From: an uncultured Methanomassiliicoccales archaeon
Lineage (GTDB): Archaea; Thermoplasmatota; Thermoplasmata; Methanomassiliicoccales; Methanomethylophilaceae
Reading direction: 5' to 3'
Length of the DNA stretch: 38,272 nucleotides
Assembly (NCBI GenBank): GCA_964640935.1
Contig: CAZXIY010000001.1
Location: 12,147 to 50,418 of the forward strand
Shown here: one piece after another, positions 17,940 to 25,246 of the stretch
Layout: every line of letters begins with the position of its first letter
How positions within the stretch are numbered: the stretch's first letter is position 1
The notes under the pieces: generated by a model
Databases searched by the model: none
Seen by the model: the letters and a program-made list of their open reading frames with translations, nothing else
What the model was told of the DNA's origin: nothing
Translations under genes and position numbers: made by a program

Positions 17940-18623
17940 ATGATCGATGCCAGAAAAGAATTGGACCTTCTCGGGGACGAGAAGAATGCAGAATTCATCA
18001 ACAAGCTCACACCCGGCGGTTTCAGATTCATCGGTGCCAGGGTCCCGGAGGTAAGAGCCCTCGCAAAAAGGATCGCGAATGATGACTGGCACAGATACCT
18101 GGACGAATGGACGGAGACATGTCAGGAGGATGTGATGCTCAGAGGGCTCGTCATCGCTTACGCAAAGATGGGCACGGACGAACGCCTTTCCCTGTACGAA
18201 GAATTCGTGCCGATGATCAGAAATTGGGCCGTGTGCGATTCGTTCTGCATGACATGGAAGGTCAAAGACGCAGATAGGAGCAAGGTATGGGATTTCATCG
18301 AGCCGTACATGCATACATCGGATGAGTTCCAAATGAGATTCTCCACGGTTATGATGATCTCAAATTTCATGACCGACGGATACGTGGACCGCGTGATCTC
18401 AGAGATGGATGCCGCCGATAACGACGGATACTATCTCAAGATGGCCGTGGCATGGGCGATATCGGTCTGCTTCGTAAAATATCCGGAAAGGACGATGATC
18501 TATCTCCGCGGTCCGAACCGCCTAGACGATTTCACCTACAACAAGTCGCTTCAGAAGATCGTCGAATCGTATCGCGTCGATGATGCGACCAAAGACGTCA
18601 TAAGGGGTATGAAGAGGAAATGA
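17940..18623 (+). CDS. DNA alkylation repair protein family (AlkC/AlkD-like HEAT repeats)
   Basis: An all-helical repeat protein with RVPEVRALAKRI, NWAVCDSFC and YLKMAVAWAISVCF, resembling the Pfam DNA_alkylation family. Divergent from DUF1848 across 55 bp. Confidence 0.75.
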   Translation: MIDARKELDLLGDEKNAEFINKLTPGGFRFIGARVPEVRALAKRIANDDWHRYLDEWTETCQEDVMLRGLVIAYAKMGTDERLSLYEEFVPMIRNWAVCDSFCMTWKVKDADRSKVWDFIEPYMHTSDEFQMRFSTVMMISNFMTDGYVDRVISEMDAADNDGYYLKMAVAWAISVCFVKYPERTMIYLRGPNRLDDFTYNKSLQKIVESYRVDDATKDVIRGMKRK

Positions 18624-18641
18624 CCCTCCGCTTGCAAAGGT

Positions 18642-19172
18642 TCACGCTTTCTTATTGAGCTCTTTTATCTCTTTGATGATCGCATCGGCGTTGTCCTTGC
18701 CCACGCGAGCTCCTTTCCTAAGATAGAAGGACCATCCGCGTTCTTTGCATACATCCCTGAATTCTTCGCTTGTCACCGCGATGACCTTTCCCGCAGGCAG
18801 GGCATCGATCAGCATCGCGAACATCTCCTTCGGAACGCATACTATCACTTTGTCGAAAGCACGGGAGATGTATTCCGTCTTGCCCACGAAATCCTTCCTT
18901 TCCTGAAGTTCCTCGTAATCCTTCTTGCACGACGGCACCTCGGCATACTGCATTATGACGTAATTCGCCGGTATGAAACCGAATCTGCCGCTTATGATCG
19001 CGAAAGAGATGTCGCAGACCCTGTCCAACCTTGCCACGAGGTGCTTGACCTCGACCAGCCTGCCGCCGAACATCTCGAATGCACTGGCGATACCTTTCTT
19101 CAGGAACACGTTCGAATCATTGGATATCACCATTACGCGCTTGTCATTGCTCTTTACCGCTTTAGGTTCCAT
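18642..19172 (-). CDS. hypothetical alpha/beta protein co-transcribed with hypA-hypD
   Basis: 176-aa ORF. Its ATG at 19172 lies 1 nt after the hypD stop (19174-19176). No family confidently recognised. Confidence 0.6.
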   Translation of the reverse strand: MEPKAVKSNDKRVMVISNDSNVFLKKGIASAFEMFGGRLVEVKHLVARLDRVCDISFAIISGRFGFIPANYVIMQYAEVPSCKKDYEELQERKDFVGKTEYISRAFDKVIVCVPKEMFAMLIDALPAGKVIAVTSEEFRDVCKERGWSFYLRKGARVGKDNADAIIKEIKELNKKA

Positions 19173-19173
19173 A

Positions 19174-20256
19174 TCATAGCCTCTTTATTCCCGAGAAGCG
19201 GAAAGCTATGTTGCAGCTCCCCTCGCTCGATACCATGCACGGGCCCCTCGGGCTCATGGGCTTGCAGGCCTTCCCGAACATGGGGCACTGCTCAGAGCGT
19301 ATGAGCCCTCTGAGCACTTCTCCGCATCTGCACCCTTTCGCCTCCGCCTCCACCTCCGGGGTGTTGGCGAGAACATCCTCATGCACCTTCGTCGCATCGC
19401 AGTAGGAATACTTGTCCTTCAGAGCGAGAGCGCTCTTCTTGATGACCGGGAATCCTCTCCAGGCCCTGTCGACCTCGTCGAATGTGTCGGCCATGAGCTT
19501 CCTCGCCTTCAAATTGCCCTCCGGACGTACGAGTCTGGTGTACTCGTTCTCGACCTTCGCCTCGCCGTCCTTCACCTGCTTGCACAGCATGTATGACGAC
19601 ATCAGGATGTCCAGCGGCTCGAAGCCGGCGACGACCTGCGGCATGTGATATTTTGTTACGAACGGCTGGAAGACATCAAGTCCTGTTATGACGGCCACGT
19701 GCCCCGGTTCTATTAATCCCTGGACTTTGGTCTCGCCCATATCGAATATAGCTTCGAGCGCCGGCGGGCAGATCCTGTGGCAGCTGTAGATGCTGAAATT
19801 CTCCGGGACCTCCTTCTGCAGAGGAACGCATGTGGATGGTGCGGTGGTCTCGAATCCCACTGCCACGAACACCAGATCCTTCTTCTGATCCGAGGCCATC
19901 CTGACGGCATCCTCTATCGAGTACACGATCCTGACGTCCGCCCCCTCTGCCTTCGCATCATTGAGCGTCCCTATCGTTGTGGGCACCCTCATCATGTCGC
20001 CGAATGCGCAGACCGTTATCCCGGCCTTCGCCAACGTTATGGCATCTGCAATCTCCCTGCTGGTGGTGACGCAGACCGGACATCCCGGCCCCTGCCTTAT
20101 CTCGACGCCGACATCTGCGAGCATCTCCTCGAGCCCGAATCTTACGATCGTGTCCTGGTGCGTCCCGCACACGTGCATGAACGTGCATTTCACATCCATG
20201 TCGCGAATCTTTTCCAGAATCTTCTTCGCCGTCGCCTCGTCCCTGTATTTAAACAT
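19174..20256 (-). CDS. hypD: [NiFe]-hydrogenase maturation protein HypD
   Basis: MHVCGTHQDTIVRFG, GPGCPVCVT and FGDMMRVP motifs are present. The ATG at 20256 overlaps the hypA TGA by 1 nt. The ORF-track N-terminal extension is Arg-rich and implausible. Confidence 0.9.
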   Translation of the reverse strand: MFKYRDEATAKKILEKIRDMDVKCTFMHVCGTHQDTIVRFGLEEMLADVGVEIRQGPGCPVCVTTSREIADAITLAKAGITVCAFGDMMRVPTTIGTLNDAKAEGADVRIVYSIEDAVRMASDQKKDLVFVAVGFETTAPSTCVPLQKEVPENFSIYSCHRICPPALEAIFDMGETKVQGLIEPGHVAVITGLDVFQPFVTKYHMPQVVAGFEPLDILMSSYMLCKQVKDGEAKVENEYTRLVRPEGNLKARKLMADTFDEVDRAWRGFPVIKKSALALKDKYSYCDATKVHEDVLANTPEVEAEAKGCRCGEVLRGLIRSEQCPMFGKACKPMSPRGPCMVSSEGSCNIAFRFSGIKRL

Positions 20257-20633
20257 CAATCCGCCTCCACAATCCTGAGATTCTTGACGCAGCACGACTG
20301 CCCCGCGATCACTTTCACGTCGCCGTTGCATTTCGGACATGAGAGCACCGGTATAGTATGCTCTCCGTAGTCGCTCTCCAGCATCTTGACCTCGCCTTCG
20401 TACCCGCACGATTGGCAGTGCACGATGATCTTCTCGTGCTCTATCACGAGTTTGGATCCCTCTAACTTGGTATCTCTGGTGACAACCTCGTACGCGAACT
20501 CCATCTGTTCGGTGCCGAGACTGGTCATATCCCCTATGGTGAGCGTGACCTCTTCCACCTTCTCGACATTGTATTTCTCGAGTTCTCCCAGAATGGCGGT
20601 GACCAGATCCGATACCACAGAAACCTCATGCAT
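20256..20633 (-). CDS. hypA: hydrogenase nickel-insertion protein HypA
   Basis: Starts with MHE (the MHEVSVV N-terminal Ni site). Two CxxC pairs (CQSCG...CPKCNG) form the zinc site. Confidence 0.88.
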   Translation of the reverse strand: MHEVSVVSDLVTAILGELEKYNVEKVEEVTLTIGDMTSLGTEQMEFAYEVVTRDTKLEGSKLVIEHEKIIVHCQSCGYEGEVKMLESDYGEHTIPVLSCPKCNGDVKVIAGQSCCVKNLRIVEAD

Positions 20634-20697
20634 CGAGACCGTGAACGGCATCATGCTTTTTACTTATGCGCCCGCCTGCAGGACAGAAAAGAGTGGA

Positions 20698-21354
20698 TCA
20701 GGGGGGTTTCGCCGAATCGCACATCTTCCTTATGGAGCACTTTCCGCACTTTGGATTGTTCGGAAGGCAGACGACCTGCCCGTGCCTCACGAAATAGCGG
20801 TTGATATCGCTCCATCTTTCCCGCGGAGTGATGCGCATGAGTTCGAACTCGGTATCCTCCGGATCCTTGGTCTTAACAAGACCTATCAGATTCGATATCC
20901 TGTGCACATGCGTGTCCACGCATACCGACGGTATGTCCATGGCATACGACCTGACGCATGCTGCCGTCTTCCTTCCGACCATCGGAAGTTTGAGCAACTC
21001 GTCCGTATCCGACGGGACGACGGATCCATATGAATCCCTGAGGACCCGACAGCATTCTACAATCGCCTTGCCCTTCTGTTTCGGGAATCCGGCCGGCCTT
21101 ATCAGCTCAACGACGGTATCTACGTCCGCATCTGCCAGGGCCTCGATTGAATTGTATCTCGAAAAAAGGCTGTCTGATGCCTTGCGCGTATTGTCGTCCC
21201 TTGTCCTCTGGGACAGTATAGTGGCGATCAGAACATGGAACGGGTCCGGCGGCCATTCGGGATTGAGACCTTCCGAAGAACGGCCGGGGTATGCCCCTTT
21301 GTTGTACTCCGGAGCAAGAGTGTCTAATATCCAGCATATGTCTTTTTCAGCCAT
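20698..21354 (-). CDS. nth: endonuclease III (HhH-GPD DNA glycosylase/AP lyase)
   Basis: HhH motif LPMVGRKTAACV, catalytic VDTHVHR region, and C-terminal 4Fe-4S loop CLPNNPKCGKCSIRKMC. Confidence 0.9.
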   Translation of the reverse strand: MAEKDICWILDTLAPEYNKGAYPGRSSEGLNPEWPPDPFHVLIATILSQRTRDDNTRKASDSLFSRYNSIEALADADVDTVVELIRPAGFPKQKGKAIVECCRVLRDSYGSVVPSDTDELLKLPMVGRKTAACVRSYAMDIPSVCVDTHVHRISNLIGLVKTKDPEDTEFELMRITPRERWSDINRYFVRHGQVVCLPNNPKCGKCSIRKMCDSAKPP

Positions 21355-22583
21355 TTCTCAGCCTCCGCCGCCATGAACAGCGACCCTGTTACCAGAACGC
21401 ATCCGTCGCCGCGATCGTTCATTGCCCTTCTCATCGCGTCGTCGAAGTCCTCCTCGACGAATACGCGGCCGACGTATCTTTTGACTGCCGAGGCAACTTC
21501 AGCAGCGGGCCTCGCCCGTTCGGTATGCGGTAGCGTGACGACGACCTCCGACGCTATCTTTGAGATGTTCTCGGATACGCCGTTCAGATCCTTGTCCGCG
21601 AGTATCCCGAATACGATCGTGACCTTCCCGTATATTCTGGCTATGTTGCTTGCCATGACACTGCTGCCGGCCTTGGTGTGCGACACGTCGATTATCAGCG
21701 GCATTCCGCGGATCTTCTGCATCCTACACGGCCACACCACGTTCTTCAGACCTTCGCGGATGAACGGTTCGAATCTCTCGCATTCGGCCGTCCTTCTGAC
21801 AGCTTCTATGGCCATCGCCGCATTCTTCGACTGATAGTCACCTGCTACTCCTACATCGAACGTCTCGCCTTTGTATGACATGGTCAGTCCGTACATGGAC
21901 GACGAGACGACAGTAGGCTCATCAACGATACAGACATCCGTCGCCGCAGACGCGGCGACATCCTCTATGACCTTCAATGCATCTCCGCTGTTGACTGTAA
22001 CGACGGGTATGTTCCTCTTTATTATACCCGCTTTCTCAAAAGCTATCTTCGATATCGTATCGCCGAGATACTGCGTATGCTCCATGCTTATGTTGGTAAT
22101 CACTGACACTTCTGGCACAATGATATTGGTTGCATCGAATCTTCCGCCCATACCCACCTCTATGACGGCATAGTCCACCGCCATCCTGTGGAAATAGACA
22201 AAAGCTATAGCGGTCGTGACCTCGAAGAACGTGCACATCATCCCGGATGATCCCATGTCCTCTACGATTGGCCTCATGAACCCCGCTATATCGATCAGGT
22301 CATCGTCGGATATCTTCTTCCCGCAGATCTCGATGCGTTCGTTGAAATCCGAGATGTGCGGCGATGTGTACAGTCCCACCTTAGCTCCGGATGAACGGAT
22401 TATGGATTCGATCATCGCACATGTCGATCCTTTTCCGTCCGTACCGGCGACGTGTATCGTCCTGAATGTGTTCTGAGGGTCGCCTAACCTCGACATCAGT
22501 TCGGTTATATTTTTCAGGCCGAGCTTTATTCCGTGAAGGCTGAGACCGTAGAGCCAGTCGATTATTTCCTGCTTATCGCTCAT
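21324..22583 (-). CDS. folC: folylpolyglutamate synthase/dihydrofolate synthase family (Mur ligase fold)
   Basis: HVAGTDGKGST P-loop, LYTSPHI, and FolC-like N-terminal helix. Overlaps nth by 31 nt and ends in TAG. Confidence 0.85.
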   Translation of the reverse strand: MSDKQEIIDWLYGLSLHGIKLGLKNITELMSRLGDPQNTFRTIHVAGTDGKGSTCAMIESIIRSSGAKVGLYTSPHISDFNERIEICGKKISDDDLIDIAGFMRPIVEDMGSSGMMCTFFEVTTAIAFVYFHRMAVDYAVIEVGMGGRFDATNIIVPEVSVITNISMEHTQYLGDTISKIAFEKAGIIKRNIPVVTVNSGDALKVIEDVAASAATDVCIVDEPTVVSSSMYGLTMSYKGETFDVGVAGDYQSKNAAMAIEAVRRTAECERFEPFIREGLKNVVWPCRMQKIRGMPLIIDVSHTKAGSSVMASNIARIYGKVTIVFGILADKDLNGVSENISKIASEVVVTLPHTERARPAAEVASAVKRYVGRVFVEEDFDDAMRRAMNDRGDGCVLVTGSLFMAAEAEKWLKKTYAGY

Positions 22584-23382
22584 GTCCTGCCTCTGAGCAC
22601 ATCCCGTCCACCATCTCGCTGACCGTCATACCTTTCTTCTTCGCTATCTTCCTGAACAGGTTCATCGCCCCGGATCCGTACTGGGCGGCCTTCTTCTTCT
22701 TCGCAGCGACCTCTGGCTGCCCGATGCTCTCGGCCACCTCTCTCAGGGCCTCTTTCCTGACGTCCCCGGGTATCAGGTCCTTCATGTCTATCCTTCCGAC
22801 GACATCCGTGACGGCAGCATCGAGATACGGATAAAGTATGGTCTTACCGAAATGATCCGCCACCGCTTTCTCGTGCTTCAACGTCTCGTTGAGGAGCCTG
22901 GTCATGTCGGCTCCCATCTGATCCCTGAGGTCGTCGGCAGAAAGCCCGATATATTTGGAATAGCCGGCAAAAAGCTCGTCCGCCCCCTGCCCGCCTATAA
23001 TCAGATCTTCTTTGCATTCTTTGGACACATAGTAGAGCGGGATCTCGAATGACAGAGTTATGGGATTCACAGTCCCGGTTATGGAGACCATCTGACGGAT
23101 GTTCTCCTCGATATCATCCTCGGATATCAGCACATGTTTCCAACCCAATCCTATGACCTTGGCAAGGTCCTCTGATTCTCTGACATCGTACGCATTCTCC
23201 ACTCCGGCAGTATACAGAGTGACCGACGACGCATATTCTTTGACGATCGACGCCACTATGCCGCTGTCCAGCCCACCCGAGAATGCAACGGCGATATCCT
23301 TTCCGCCGACCATCCTCTCGATGGTCGACCTTAGAGCCTCTGTCAGTTCAGATGACATGTCCATGCGGGAAAAAGCGAACAT
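22573..23382 (-). CDS. asparagine-synthase-like PP-loop ATP pyrophosphatase (no glutaminase domain)
   Basis: AVAFSGGLDSGIV (SGGxDS PP-loop) and GGQGADELFAGYSKY (AsnB C-domain-like). An A/T-rich TATA-like box sits directly upstream of 23382, so the true start may be the ATG at 23364 or 23358. Confidence 0.7.
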   Translation of the reverse strand: MFAFSRMDMSSELTEALRSTIERMVGGKDIAVAFSGGLDSGIVASIVKEYASSVTLYTAGVENAYDVRESEDLAKVIGLGWKHVLISEDDIEENIRQMVSITGTVNPITLSFEIPLYYVSKECKEDLIIGGQGADELFAGYSKYIGLSADDLRDQMGADMTRLLNETLKHEKAVADHFGKTILYPYLDAAVTDVVGRIDMKDLIPGDVRKEALREVAESIGQPEVAAKKKKAAQYGSGAMNLFRKIAKKKGMTVSEMVDGMCSEAGHER

Positions 23383-23584
23383 TACCCATTTATTACTATC
23401 CCACCGTATCTACGCCAAGCTCGTTAGTACGGAACAGCCCCAGTGTTCGGTTTTTGAAGATGTCATTCGGGCATGGTCGTCCGACCCTTCGATAACGACG
23501 AACATAATGTACGCCATATTGGCCCGACTTTATTCATGAGTGGTATAGTATCATCAATCAAAAAACATCATCTCTAGAGAAACC

Positions 23585-23594
23585 TTTTTATATA
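23585..23594 (+). promoter_or_regulatory. TATA box of the nikR-like gene
   Basis: TTTTTATATA ends 18 nt upstream of the ATG at 23613, consistent with a leaderless or very short leader. Confidence 0.5.
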
Positions 23595-23612
23595 GAAGCT
23601 CTCGGGAGTGCT

Positions 23613-24044
23613 ATGAGGAGCGTAACGAGGATAGGCGTATCTCTGGAACCCGACCTTTTGGAAGAGTTCGACGAATGCATATCCGAAAAAAAGTATGTCA
23701 GCCGTTCGGAGGCCATACGCGATCTCGTGCGCGATTCCTTAGAAGAGAGCAGACTGGACTCCGGCGACAACTATGTCTCCGGTATAATCGTGACGATATT
23801 CGACACGACATCCTGCGGCTCTACGCAGACCCTCCCGGCCATCCGCAAAAATCACATAGATTCGATTTCGGCAATGATGAATAAGAATCTAGGAAACGGA
23901 AAGGTCATGGAGATACTGATCGTCAGCGGAGAGATGCAGGAGCTGAAGGGACTCGTCAGCGAGATCTCGTCCACGAAAGGCGTGATGAGGAGCAAACTCA
24001 CCACGATCGCTCCCGACACGTTCGATATGCATAATGTCAGATGA
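23613..24044 (+). CDS. NikR-family ribbon-helix-helix regulator (divergent C-terminal domain)
   Basis: N-terminal RHH RIGVSLEPDLLEEFDECISEKKYVSRSEAIRDLVRD is NikR/CopG-like. The C-terminal ACT-like domain aligns by eye to NikR but lacks the His/Cys ligands. Confidence 0.7.
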   Translation: MRSVTRIGVSLEPDLLEEFDECISEKKYVSRSEAIRDLVRDSLEESRLDSGDNYVSGIIVTIFDTTSCGSTQTLPAIRKNHIDSISAMMNKNLGNGKVMEILIVSGEMQELKGLVSEISSTKGVMRSKLTTIAPDTFDMHNVR

Positions 24045-24061
24045 CAATGGTGGTAAGATAA

Positions 24062-24625
24062 ATGGATGGAAAGAAGATCGACAGGCTACTAGGCAGCGAG
24101 AACGGATACACGTTCCTACAGGGCATGCCTGTACCCGATGCCGAGTGCCAGGATACAATCGACCACGATTCTGTTTGCAAAGAATGCGGCGCTTACAAAA
24201 AAAGTTACATTTGCCAGGAAATGGAAGGGAGCGACGGAAGGTCGCTATCTGATCTGGCACATTATGATGAGGCCGCTGTCCTGTCGAAAGATTATAAGGT
24301 CGATAGGGACGACAGTGCCTCCATATACAGGATAAGGAACTCTTTCCAGAACCTCTGCAGGATGGTCAGCCTGGAATACCAGGCATCTGGGGAAGATGTG
24401 TTCCCGATGTCCAGTTTCACAGGAAAATGCTCGCACTGCAACGAATGCAACTGCGTCAAGGGGACTCCATGCGGATGCCCGGACAGCAGAGTGTCTCCGA
24501 TGAAGTGCTACGGCATATCCGAGGACAAATATTTGGATGAGATAGGGGTCAAGCACAGTTCCGATCCGGACACGCTCACCCTTTGCGGCCTGTTCCTTAC
24601 CAAGAAGCAGGTCAAGACGAATTGA
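24062..24625 (+). CDS. Cys-rich predicted metal-binding protein (DUF2284-like)
   Basis: CKECGAYKKSYIC near the N-terminus and CSHCNECNCVKGTPCGCPDSRVSPMKCYGI near the C-terminus resemble the DUF2284 pattern. Starts 17 nt after the nikR-like stop. Confidence 0.55.
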   Translation: MDGKKIDRLLGSENGYTFLQGMPVPDAECQDTIDHDSVCKECGAYKKSYICQEMEGSDGRSLSDLAHYDEAAVLSKDYKVDRDDSASIYRIRNSFQNLCRMVSLEYQASGEDVFPMSSFTGKCSHCNECNCVKGTPCGCPDSRVSPMKCYGISEDKYLDEIGVKHSSDPDTLTLCGLFLTKKQVKTN

Positions 24626-25160
24626 AACCGACCACCATCGTCGACGTTCTGGCACCGATAGGCTGACCGAAGTATTCCTTCAGCATCATATCGGAGGTCG
24701 GCGACGGAGAGGCCGATACGGCATCTGTTATCGTATCGGCGTCTCCGAACCCCAGAAATTCCATCGGCGGCATCACGAATCTTTCTGTGCCGTCGGATCT
24801 GACATTCGCGAACAATACGAAATCTGACGAGACCCAGATGACATCTGGACGTCCGAGGAGCTCTTCTTTCATATCGTCGTTCACCATAGTGCCGACGATC
24901 TCTCCGGACGATGACACCATCTGTATCACCGCGCTCTTCGTCCATCTTCTGTACATCCCGTTGTCGTAGATCACGCAAAGACGGTACTTCCTGCGCATGA
25001 TCTCTTCGTAGGCATCGTTCACGACATCCATCTGCGTAACCGACCTGACGCTGCGTTCCTCCTCCAGGATCCTCTCGGAGATCGCATCATCCATCGGAAA
25101 TGCCGCAACTATGCCCGAGATCCCGTTGATGATCTCGGCAGCCTCGTCAGCGATACCCAT
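24612..25160 (-). CDS. hypothetical protein
   Basis: 182 aa from the first ATG (25160); the ORF-track start at 25211 is TTG. Its 3' end overlaps the convergent DUF2284-like gene by 14 nt. No family recognised. Confidence 0.5.
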   Translation of the reverse strand: MGIADEAAEIINGISGIVAAFPMDDAISERILEEERSVRSVTQMDVVNDAYEEIMRRKYRLCVIYDNGMYRRWTKSAVIQMVSSSGEIVGTMVNDDMKEELLGRPDVIWVSSDFVLFANVRSDGTERFVMPPMEFLGFGDADTITDAVSASPSPTSDMMLKEYFGQPIGARTSTMVVGFNSS

Positions 25161-25246
25161 GTGGTGGGCATCGCATACCGAATTAAAAGAAACGCCGATT
25201 CGACGGCACAACTTTATTAATAATAAGGAACGGTTAAAGCAGACCG

